Shown: positions 12,808 to 23,629 of the stretch, piece after piece
Layout: each line of letters opens with the position of its first letter
Numbering within the stretch: the stretch's first letter is position 1
Source of the DNA: Squalus acanthias
Taxonomy: Eukaryota
Assembly: GCA_030390025.1 (NCBI GenBank)
Contig: CM059432.1
Location: 136,092,001-136,156,000, forward strand
Direction of reading: 5' to 3'
DNA length: 64,000 nt
Made by a program: the position numbers and the translations under genes
The notes under the pieces: generated by a model
The model's input: the letters and a program-made list of their open reading frames with translations, nothing else
Databases searched by the model: none
Told to the model about the DNA's origin: nothing

Positions 12808-13152
12808 TAGGGTTGCCAACCCCCCAGTATTATCCTGGAGTCTCCTGGAATTGAAGATTAATCTCCAGGACAACCCAGGTGAAAAATCAAAGGGGGAATA
12901 ACATTTTATTCTCGTTTTCTTTGAACACCATCATTTACTAATTATAAAAATATTGGAGATGGGGGAAATGGCTGTCTGACTGACAGTCAAGAATCATCCA
13001 ATCAGGTAACGAAGGGTCTGTTCGCTCTCCAATTGGAGTGGGAAGGCAAGGATGGCCATGTCAGTTGACCAATGGTGGGGCGGGGTAGTTGGAGGTGGAA
13101 GATCATGTGATGAAGCCTCCTGGAATACGTCCAACCAGAGTTGGCAACCCTA
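12808..13152. mobile_element. hAT-type MITE
   Basis: Perfect TIR TAGGGTTGCCAAC / GTTGGCAACCCTA; flanks GTGCGGGC and GTGTGGTC match 6/8, consistent with a decayed 8-bp TSD. Confidence 0.75.
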
Positions 13153-13289
13153 GTGTGGTCACCCACCAGAACATTTAAATGACCCCCCAGACCCTGGGAT
13201 TGCAGACAGGGTCAGGGATGTCAGCATTGGATGGGCAATCTTCCATTGCTCCTCCTCCTTTTTCTCCAAAAAGTAAAAGGGGATTCAGA

Positions 13290-13770
13290 AGAACATAAGA
13301 ACATAAGAAATAGGAGCAGGAGTAGGCCATTTGGCCCTTCGAGCCAGCTCCGCCATTCAATAAGATCATGGCTGATCTTCTACCTCATCTCCACTTTCCA
13401 GCACTATCTCCATATCCCTTGATACCCTTAATATTCAAAAATCTATCGATCTCTATCTTGAATATACTCAATGACTGAGCCTCCACAGCCCTCTGGAGTA
13501 GAGAATTCCAAAGATTCACCACCCTCTGAGTGAAGAAATTTCTCCTCATCTCAGTCCTAAATGGCCGACCCCTTATTCTGAGACTGTGACCCCTGGTTCT
13601 AGACTCCCCAGCCAGGGGAAACATCCTCCCTGCATCTACCCTGTCAAGCCCTGTAAGAATTTTGTATGTTTCAATGAGATCACCTCTCATTCTTCTCAAC
13701 TCCAGAGAATATAGGCCTAGTCTACTCAATCTCTCCTCATAGGACAACCACCCCATCCCAGGACCCGGGA
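13290..13770 (-). mobile_element. CR1 LINE 3' end
   Basis: YEERLSRLGLYSLELRRMRGDLIETYKIL...TRGHSL...RRNFFTQRVVNLWNSL plus the (TTCTTATG)n tail. Confidence 0.93.
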
Positions 13771-14743
13771 TTCCATTGGAACTGCCTTGTCCCAATATCG
13801 TGAAATGTGCCGAAAAAAATGACACTTATCGCAAAGGCTCCTGACCAACTCAGTAAAGACAAGAAAGAAACAAAAGAAAAGGCTAGAAAAAAGATGCTGA
13901 CATAGCCTCAAAATGCTGCCACAAATCGCGCTGTAGGCCTCCTTTAATGTATTTCAGTAAACAGCACCCCAAAGCACCCCTGGAAACATCCATTTTATAT
14001 GCGACGTATCCGCTGGGAAATTGGTGGACATTTAAATGAAGTCATCGGTGTCTAATTTTAATACAGTTATCTGCAAACTGGAACACATTTCTGGTGCCAG
14101 TACAAAACCCAGCTGGAGAATTGGATGGGGGTGCATAATGGATCCCTGCATATTTTTCTCAATCTGTTATGCTCACTTAATGTCTGTGAGCTTGATATAA
14201 CTGACCAGAAAAGCTAGAGGGCAGGCTACGAAATCTTTTAAAAAGGCTCAAACTTACTATTTCTTCCATTTTATTATTGTTTTGCTCATGCAATCTTCCC
14301 AGTCACAAACCCGAAGACAGTTTTCAGTTGGCTGTTCCAAAGCTCGTGAGGAGCATAAAGACCGGCATAAGACCAGTTCGTCCGAATGGCCTGTTTCTGT
14401 GCTGTAAATATCTGTGTAAGTATAGGGGAGAAGCAAGAAGCACCAGTTCAAGGCAATTCCTGTGCTGGGAATAATCCAGCTAAAATGATGGATGGGAGTT
14501 GCATTTGGCCCATCTTTGCAAGGTGCAATTTCTGACTTGCAGCAGCTGCAGTCCTTTGGAAACAAAAAAAAAAATCCCTCTAATAATATTAGGTGCAAGT
14601 GACCACCCATCTTAAAAAAAAGCCTAATAATCTCATCTTGAGAGCAAAAGGTTGTGTGTTTTAAACTTTATCTTTGGAACGACAAGTTAGGTGAAATTTC
14701 TTTGCGCAGATCTGTTACAGCACTGAATGCTTTGCCAAAGGAA

Positions 14744-14997
14744 TGTGAGAAGTCGCACAACACCAGGTTATAGTCCAACAGCTTTATTTGAAATCACAAG
14801 CTTTCGGAGTGCTGCTCCTTCGTCAGGTGAAGTGAAGAGGTGCATATAGGCAGCAGCATATATAGTCAGAGAACACTGCCAGATGATTACAGTTAATCTT
14901 TCTAACTGCCCTTTATCACACCTCGGCAGAGAGATAATCACGGCAATCAAAGGTGTGGATGGTGTCCAAACAGATCAGTCAGGAAAACATTACATCA
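14744..14997 (-). mobile_element. Penelope family A 3' fragment with hammerhead
   Basis: Near-identical to 6128-6379; 12-bp TSD TTGCCAAAGGAA at 14732-14743 and 14998-15009. Confidence 0.9.
14794..14830 (-). ncRNA. Minimal type I hammerhead ribozyme motif
   Basis: tcac-CTGACGA-A-GGAG-cagca-CTCC-GAA-AGCT-T-gtga. Confidence 0.82.
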
Positions 14998-15009
14998 TTG
15001 CCAAAGGAA

Positions 15010-15172
15010 GTGACTGAAGCATCTTTTAAGTGAAAATTGGATAAATATTTGAAGCAGAAGAAGATCCAAGGCCATGGGGAGAGAACAGGGCAGTGGGATT
15101 GGTTTTGGCAAAGAGTCGGCATAGACACAATCGACTGACTGGCCTCTTCCTGTGCTGCAATCTTCTATGGTT
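15010..15172 (+). mobile_element. Old CR1 3' end
   Basis: AAGAGTCGGCATAGACAC...GGCCTCTTCCTGTGCTGCAATCTTCTATG. Confidence 0.6.
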
Positions 15173-16164
15173 CTGTGACTTTAGCTCAGACCTCAACAGG
15201 CCTGGGATGTGTAAATGCCTACACAACGGTTTGAGACCCTGTCCTTCAGATGCTGACTGCCCAATGCGTGCTGAAAGTCCCAGTGCATTTGTCCCAAAGC
15301 GCATGGAATAATACGACAGCCGTAGTCAATATTCTGCCAAGCACTCCTCCAAGTACCTATTGTAAACCAGATGTGGCAACACACTGCAGCTAAATAAATA
15401 GCTTAAAATTAGATCACGTCCCTTAAAATATATTTCAAGTGCTAAAAAAAAATCAATTAATTTTGCTGTACTATATTTTGACGTAGTTTATTTGGATACT
15501 GAAGTATGCATGTATGTGAATGTAATGGGATGATCTGAGGCACGTTTGCTCTTTTACATTAGCACACTTATTGCGAAATGTCATGATATCTTAATCTGGA
15601 GCGATGTTATATTAGCGGTTATTAAATTATAATAGCTTCCCTTTTGAGCTTGTCGCTGTGCTCTGTCGTTCTTCATTATGTCTGACACATCTTGGGCTCC
15701 CCAGCACAACATCTCTAGTTTTTAGCGATGTTAATGATGTAATCTGCATGTGTCAACCACAAGATTACATCAGTGGACATGGCAGGAAAAGGCAAGGAAA
15801 ATTAAAAATGTAGATTGTTCAAATTAGGTATGTAATTGATGTTAATGTGTGATTAATCACATCACACTGTGCATGATGAACACAAGTATTCAACACTAAT
15901 TAATTTTGACATTAAATTGTCTCTGGAGTAATTTTTTTGAAAAAAATATCTAGCTCCCCCACATTAGATCCTAACTGCTGCCAACCTGTTAAAGTTCAAA
16001 AATGAAAAATCAGCAGATTTGAAGAAGAGAAGACAGGAAAAAGGCAGAGTACAGTAAAACCTACTGATGGGGAGCAGAAGGAGAGACTATTTTTATTTTG
16101 GAAACAAAGGCCCATGTTGCAGGAGATCACCAAAAAGAAACAAAAATGGTTTGTAGCAATAAAG

Positions 16165-16577
16165 CACTTTACCTCATTTCCTCTCCCAACACTGCACTAA
16201 AGTGCTTCATGTACAATGAATTACGTTGAAGTTAAAAGCGACTGTTGTTACGTAGGTAGATCTGGCCACCAGTTTTCACATAGCAAGATCCCACAAGCAG
16301 CAATGAGAAGAACGATTGGCTAATTTGGTTTTGGTCGAGGGAGAGAGGGTTGGCCAGGACACCAGAAGATTTCTCTGTTCTTCTTTAAATCGAGCCATGG
16401 GTTTCATAGCATTCACCTGATCAGGTAAACGGAGCCTGGGTTTAAGAGCAACTCATTTGAAAGCCATTACCTTTGACAATTCAGCAGTTTCTCAGTCCTG
16501 CACTGAGGTGTCAGTCTAGATTATGACTTTCTAACTCAAAAAGGCAAGAGTGCTACGAATGGAGCCAAGTTGACACT
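16165..16577 (-). mobile_element. Highly diverged SacSINE1-like SINE
   Basis: Recognisable blocks GCAAGATCCCACAA, TTGGCCAGGACACC, CACTGAGGTGTCAGTCTAGATT. Confidence 0.7.
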
Positions 16578-17019
16578 GAGATATATCAAACAAGATGAGG
16601 TGATTCAAATTTAATGTCAACAATTATATAGTACTCTACCCTGTTTATTTTTCTCTCTCTTTATTGAGTGGTTCTCTTCTTTTTTAGAAGTCTATTTATT
16701 TAAAAAAAATAAAAGCACTATTGCAGTTGCAATGCATTATTTGCATTGACAGCAAATCTCAAACAGTGTGACAGTATATTTAAGGATGACTTATGGATGT
16801 CCTTCGCACTCTGCAGCTAGCTTGATAGATGTAACTATTTTCCTTAATTTTTGTTTTGTTTTCTGTGTTTCAATATTTGGTCTCCTTCACTCTTCCTGTA
16901 TTCTACTTGATGTTTCCTGAGCTTTGCTTTACCCAGTTCCTAGATTTTAGCAGGTATGTTTATGCTTTACATTTCTTCCCACAGCCAGGTGGATCCTTGT
17001 TTGGATTATGGTTATAAAA

Positions 17020-17478
17020 AGAAAGAAAGACTTGCATTTATATAGCGCCTTTCATGACCACAGGATGCCCAAAGGGCTTTGTCAATGAAGTACTTTTGAA
17101 GTGTAGTCACTGTTGTAATGAAGGAAATGCGGCAGCTAGTTTGCGCAGAGCAAGGTCCCACAAACAGCAATGTGATAATGACCAGATAATCTGTTTTAGT
17201 AATGTTGATTGAGGGATAAATATTGGCCAGGACAATGGGGAGAACTCCCCTGCTCTTCTTCAAAATAGTGCCTTGGGATATTTTTATGTCCACCTGAGAG
17301 GGCAGATGGGGCCTCGGTTTCATGTATCATCCAAAAGACGGCACCTCCGACAGTGAAGCACTCCCTCAGTACTGCACTGGAGTGCCAGCCTAGATTTTGT
17401 GGTCAAGTTGCCGGAGTGGGACTTGAACCCACAACCTTCTGACACAGAGGTGAGAGTACTACCCACTGAGCCACAGTT
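17020..17478 (-). mobile_element. Full-length SacSINE1-like tRNA SINE
   Basis: tRNA head GTGGCTCAGTGGGTAG (A box) and GGTTCAAGTCC (B box), Deu-like body, L2-like tail with (TTTC)n. Confidence 0.9.
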
Positions 17479-17829
17479 GATGTCCCTCTCCACTGTTTCT
17501 AGCTGACGGGCAGAAGTATCTGCTGTGCGGCACGGCTGTTTCTTCTCTTTCCATCCCCTGCGAGACAAAGTGGATTGCTAGTGTATAGTATTCCATCCAG
17601 CTCTCTAGCCATGAAAGGAAACTGTGCTTGATTGACAGTTGGGAGTCGAGCTCTCTACTGCAAAAAGCTACCATACTGCATTCTCTCAGACATATTTAAA
17701 GTTATGTTCCCCCAATGTTCTTCCCTGTTCACAAACCATTTCTGACTCTTGCTGGGATACAGTTCCAACTGTCAGCTCCTGTAGCACCTTACCTCACCCA
17801 ATTGGTCATCTTTCGTGTTTGAACCTTGA

Positions 17830-18090
17830 CAATGAATATTTGCGGAGTATTTGTCCATAAGGCGGAGGGAACGTTAGTCAAACCTGCTTCTATCTGAAGC
17901 ATGTGTACTTCCCATCATTGGATGAATATCAGGAGCGGAAATCTTTTTTTATCAGCCTTAGTTCCGGGCCACAGAGACCACCTCTAGGACCCTCCCACCC
18001 ACTGATCTGGCAGAAAGCTCAGTAGTGACCAGGGATCAAACCTGGGGCCTTCCTGATCTGTATGGCTCTGTACCACATTTACTCACTGAA
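17830..18090 (-). mobile_element. Ancient degenerate tRNA-SINE-like repeat
   Basis: B-box-like GGTTTGATCCC; similar degenerate segments at ~21165-21270 (+) and ~31690-31885 (-). Confidence 0.4.
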
Positions 18091-18732
18091 TTTAGTAGGA
18101 GTTCATAGAATCATACAAGCATAGAAGGAGGCCATTCGGCCCATTGTGCCTGTGCCGGGGAGGCGGGGCGTGGCGGGGGGGCGGGTATGATCATAAACAT
18201 ATTTAGAAGTGAAGGATCAACATCAGGTCACGGCCCAGGACGAGAAACACTGATTCACTCTACCCTGTGGAGATCAGCACACATACCCGACCACTTTCCA
18301 TTTACTTAGTACTAGTAATCTATAGGACGCACATCGCCTTCTGAAAACAAGCTGAATATACCACTTACCGATCAAATCTATGTTGTACAGACTTCCTTGT
18401 AGTTCAGGTCTTTTTAGGACTTGGCTTTGGTTTGAGCTCTGGATCATGTATATTCTGTTATTTGTGCACAGAAGATATGTTTTTAATCCCATGCGTGAAA
18501 TTCTTTAGACATCTGGGATGAGCAGACATAGTCATCCTCCAATTCCATAATACTAACGGAAAGTAGATATATATTCTATAACACCAGGGGTTGATTATAG
18601 ATTATCCCAGGATGGATCATCATGGCAACATTAATATAAAAGCAAGTCTTTCTTTTTACTATGTAAAGTAGGTGCATACTTTGCCATGGCTCAGACACCT
18701 CTCCCCATTTACTAAGCACTGGCATCACAGAC

Positions 18733-19183
18733 AAGAAAGAAAGAAAGACTTGCATTTCTATAGCACCTTTCATGACTTCAGGACTTCCCAAAGTGCTTTA
18801 CAGCCGATGAAGTACTTTTGGAGTGTAGTCAGTGTTGTAATGTAGGAAACGTGGCAGCCGATTTTGCACACAGCAAGGTGCCACAAACAGCAATGTGATA
18901 ATGATTGATTAATGTGATGTTGATTGAGGGATGAATATTGGCCAGGTATAACTCCCCTGCTCTTCTTCGAAATAATGCCATGGGATCTTTTACATCCACC
19001 TGAGAGTATATGGGGCTTCGGTTTAACATCTCATCCAAAACACAACACCTCTGACAGGGCAGCACTCCCTCAGTACTGCACTGGAGTGTCAGCCCAGATT
19101 TTTGTGTTTAAATCTCTGGAGTGGGACTTGTACGACCTTCTGACTCAAAGCCAAGAGTGCTACCAACTGAGCCATGTCTGACA
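18733..19183 (-). mobile_element. Full-length SacSINE1-like tRNA SINE
   Basis: Colinear with the copy at 17020-17478. Confidence 0.9.
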
Positions 19184-20342
19184 CAGATGCAATTCAACAC
19201 TAGACCATCAGAAATTTGATGTCCTCCCACCCACCCTTTTGTAAAAACTGGCGGGTATCTACCATTAGACCACCAGGGGAAACAGATAAACATCACTCAG
19301 TAGACTAGCCGGGAAGGGATGACACTCCCGAGACTGTTAGCCATCTTGTTACTGTCTCAGACACCAACTGAACGCCCCTGATGATGTCATCAGCAATTGA
19401 AATTATTCAACAAATTGATTTAACAGAAACAATTAAAAAGGGTGAGAATTAACCGTAACTATTTGCAGACATAATTTTATGAAGCGTTCTAATTGTGAGA
19501 CTATTTTAGTCAGCACATCTCTTCTTTAAATCCTCCTTTTCAAATCACCTTGAAAAGCTACCTTAACAAGGACTTCTTTCCTGAAAGAAATTGAATCCTT
19601 TTTGTAACTCTATTGGCGGCTGTGTGAGGTAAGTAGTGGGCACAGCAAATTGAAGTGACTCATCTTGTTGCGGGCATTACAAGTCTTTCCTGTTTGGCAA
19701 CGCCACCTGTCTGAGATGTGATTTTGTACGGCCAAAGTTGATGCCAAATTGTGTGGGCCACACTGAGGGTTTTTTTTTCATTCTGAAAGCATCATTAAAC
19801 CGGCTGATTTTTCACAGGAAAGCTGACAGACCTTAACACAAAGAAAAACATACAGTAAGCAGTTTTTTTTTAAAAAGAGAAAAGAAGTCGGGGGAATGGC
19901 TTGGACTTTTGTGCCATTTTTAATTTGTCTGGATGGGAGCTGACTGGTTGCCCTGCATTTCAATCCCAGGCAGACTGTAAAATGTGTGAGAAAGTATTAC
20001 ACAAAAAATTCTCATATGCATATGAAAATCATTGTATAAAGGACTAAGGGATTAAGACAAGATAAATTCATACTAAGCTGTACACATTCCATTGACAAAT
20101 TTGCTGTTTTTACATTGTTTCTTCAGAGATCCTGGTTACCGGGGGGATGACATTAAACTGAAAGAAAATGGCTTATTATGTGTGATAAATTCAAACAAAG
20201 ATGACGCACTGTACCCACTGAGTATATCTAAGAAATTGTGAGGAAATGTCAAGCATTTCAAAAGAAACCTGCTGTAAATTCTGGTTATGGAGACCATAAC
20301 GGCTTGGTGCTGACTAAAAGATCTCTTTGTTCAGGCCCTGCT

Positions 20343-20378
20343 CACACACAAACACACACACACACACACACACACACA
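20343..20378. repeat. (CA)n microsatellite
   Basis: Interrupted CA run read directly. Confidence 0.9.
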
Positions 20379-21384
20379 TAGCATTAGATATTATGAGCGA
20401 AAGGGGGTCACATAAAGGCCCGAAATAAAACCTGTGGATGTGACAAGATTCAGGCACTGAGAGGGCTGCGAATTGGCAGGAAAAGACTTGGCCTTGGGCA
20501 TGGCTTGTGGGCAGAAAATAAGCTTGACACAACTCACAAGCTTCAGCGCACAAACATTGGCCGACTTGTCTTAATTTCAGAGTCCCAAGCAGAAACTTTT
20601 TGTCATGAAGAGGAGGCTATTGAACAAATGACTAACAAATGATTTCACAGTGTTTTTTGCAGGCTTGAGTTGAGTTGAGGTGGGGGTTGTTGGTGGGGGT
20701 GGGGGAGGGGGGGGGGGGGTACTTTCTACAACAAGGAATTGCATGTCTAAAGTTTTAGGCAGGAGAGGTGAAAGGACCAGTGTAGAGACCCCTGCTACTG
20801 TGGCAAATTATCTATTTCACAGTGAACATTATAGTCTCTATTACTATTCAAATGTTGATCTGCGGGGCACGGTGATGCAATCTGAAGATGACACCAGACC
20901 CAAGGCAGTGCCACAGCTGATCTGAAAGTTGATGAGGCAAAGGGAAAGCCATAAAAAAAATCAAGTTACCAGCAAAACAGTGTTTTTTGGTTTTTTTTTT
21001 GTTTATGAGATATTACTATTGTAAGGGAGAATGTCACCTCGGCATAAAGTTTGTGGAAAAGGTTTTTACAAACACTCAATGCGAATATGTCCATCACATT
21101 TTGCAGACCTCATGATGTAATGAACTCAATTGCACGTGACAATGTCAAATCACATCAATGTGATAGCTCAGCTGGTGACTGCACTTCTCACTGTGTCATT
21201 GAGCTGTGCAGATAAGGAAGATCCCAGACTGAATACCTGGTCTAGGCTGAGTTTGTTCACCTCAGCAGAGAAACAGTCTTCTTCTTCTCTCTTCCATGTC
21301 TAGTGGCCCATGAGACAACCCATTTCTTCAACCGCTTTACATCCAGCAAGAGGTCTTTTTCTGTAACAAAGACCTTTCTTATGT

Positions 21385-21977
21385 AATAAAAACAGAAAAT
21401 GCTGGAAACACTCAGCAGGTCAGGCAGCATCTGTGGAGAGAGAAACAGAGTTAACGTTTCAGGTCGATGACCTTTCGTCAGAACTGGAAAAAACTGGAGA
21501 TAGAACAGGTTTTAAAGCAAGTGTAGGGGCAGGGAAAGATGGGAGGGGAGGAAAGAACAAAAGGGAAGGTCAGTGATAGACTGGAAGGCAGGAGAGATTA
21601 AGAGACAAAAGGGATGATGGTACAAGGCAAAAGGAGATGGTAATGGGACAAGTTAAGAAACAAAAGATGGCTCTAGATGAAGTGTAAATGGCGATGGCAG
21701 AATGAAAGACAGCTGCCATGTGAGAGAGAGAAAAAAAAAGGAAAAAAAAGATAGGGGGCAGAGGTTATGTTCTGAAATTGTTGAATTCGATGTTGAGTCC
21801 AGAAGGCTGTAAAGTGCCTAATCGAAAGATGAGGTGCTGTTCCTCGAGCTTACGTTGAGCTTCATTGGAACAGTGTAAGAGGCCAAGGACAGTGAGGTCA
21901 GAGTGGGAGTGGAGCGGAGAATTAAAGTGACAGGTGACCGGAAGCTCGGAGTCACCCTTACGGACTGAACAGAGGTT
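21385..21977 (-). mobile_element. Penelope-like element (family B), 5'-truncated
   Basis: Minus strand encodes LCSVRKGDSELPVTCHFNSPLHSHSDLTVLGLLHCSNEAQRKLEEQHLIFRLGTLQPSGLNIEFNNFRT* (GIY-YIG C-terminus), then a pyrimidine-rich UTR, a hammerhead and the GATGCTGCCTGACCTGCTGAG tail; target sequence ACCTTTCTTATGT on both sides. Confidence 0.9.
21449..21485 (-). ncRNA. Minimal type I hammerhead ribozyme motif (family B)
   Basis: agtt-CTGACGA-A-AGGTC-atc-GACCT-GAA-ACGT-T-aact; palindromic ACGT helix III. Confidence 0.85.
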
Positions 21978-22299
21978 TCTTATGTGTCAACCTTTCTTAT
22001 GTGTCAACCTTTCTTATGTGGACAGGTCGTTGGCCTGACTCTCGACCCCCTACCAGGATGACCAGCTAGATGCAATGGGAAAGGGGGGTGGGGGTGGCGG
22101 GCGACGAAAGAGGTGGGTGGTAGCCATTCCACACCCCTTGGAAGCATGTACCCCACTGGTTGTCAACCCAGTTGGAGCTCTGGTCTCCTTCTCGCCAGGG
22201 CTAGGAGCAACAGCAGGGAGGCTATAATTAGCCTCAGTGATCCTGGGTTACAGAGAGAAGAAAAAAAAATCTGAGTTTCAGCTGTCCGGTGAAAAACAA

Positions 22300-22508
22300 A
22301 GGGTAGTGGAAATCTAGAACTCACTGTTGAGGTGAGGTCAATTGAAAATGTCAAAACTGAGATTGATAGATTTTTGTTAGGCAAGTGCATTAAGGGATGT
22401 GGAAACAAGGCGGGTAGATGCAGTTAAGATACAGATCAGCCATGATCTAATGAATGGTGGGTGGAACAAGCTTGAGGGGCTGAATGGCCTCCTCCTGTTA
22501 TAATGTTC
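22300..22508 (+). mobile_element. CR1 LINE 3' end
   Basis: GAGATTGATAGATTTTTG...GATCAGCCATGATCTAATGAATGG...GAATGGCCTCCTCCTG. Confidence 0.8.
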
Positions 22509-22816
22509 CTCTGTACATGTGCGAGCATTGGGTGAGTCAGGATTATGCTTGGTCGTAATGACTCTTAACGTCAAAATGGTCTGCCAATAGCCACTATCTA
22601 GGCTCACACATGAAGAATAGTCATTTGGTCGAGACGCCAAAGGGTGTCTGTGCTTGTAAAATCATACTCAGTCAGTGCATTTAAGACAGATGGGGAGAAA
22701 ACTGGGGAAAATAAAAAGGATAAAACTGACATTAAGCTTTTACCCTCCCAGAATAGTGATGACTCTCCTTTAAAACATGAAGTAGCAAAAGATGGCACGC
22801 CAACTCACAATAATTA

Positions 22817-23211
22817 TTTCATGTCACGCTACAGGATGTAGAGTCTAGAGTCGTCGTTGTCTTGTTCACAGATGTGATTTCCAGTTTTTAAAAAAAAGTA
22901 AAAAGCTTAACTGCAGACTGCAGCATTTGACACGTTGGACCCCCTGTAACCCCACCTCATTGTCTTAGCTGTATTCTGCTGTGTCTTTGATGTAATTCCT
23001 TCCTGACTGATTGTATCTCTGCAGACACATTGTTCTCTGTCTATATATGCTTTGTATCTGATTTGTATTTGTATTCCCTCACTTTAGCTGACGAAGGAGC
23101 AGCGCTCCGAAAGCTCGTAATTTCAAATAAAACTGTTGGACTATAACCTGGTGTTGTGCGACTTCTCATTTTTGTCCACCCCAGTCCAACACCGGCATCT
23201 CCGCATCATGG
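22817..23211 (+). mobile_element. Penelope family A 3' fragment with hammerhead and extended tail
   Basis: Starts at the FMSRYR codons; 10-bp TSD ACAATAATTA at 22807-22816 and 23212-23221. Confidence 0.9.
23084..23120 (+). ncRNA. Minimal type I hammerhead ribozyme motif
   Basis: ttag-CTGACGA-A-GGAGC-agc-GCTCC-GAA-AGCT-C-gtaa (one helix I mismatch). Confidence 0.78.
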
Positions 23212-23629
23212 ACAATAATTAGCAGCAATGCCATTCTTTTTATGTGGGGTATAATGTTATGACAGCATTGGGAGGCACCTAGCTCCATGGTAAGAATGCC
23301 CTCCCCTCACGAGATTCCTTTCTGTGGTCCCAGAGGTGCAAGACATTAGCTGATCAGTTCTGGTGCACTAGGGGAAGTTTCACTGGGGCTAGATAAATAG
23401 CTTAAAATCAGATCGCGTCCCTTAAAATATATTTTAAGTGTTAAAAAAAATCAATTAATTTTGCTGTACTGCATTTTGATGTACTTTGTTTGGATACTGA
23501 AGTATGCACATGTGTGATCTGACACACATTTGTCCTTTTACATTTGTACAGTTATTACAAAATGCCATGTATCTTAACCTGAAACAATGTTATTTATATT
23601 GGTGGTAATTAAACTATATTAGCTTCCTA

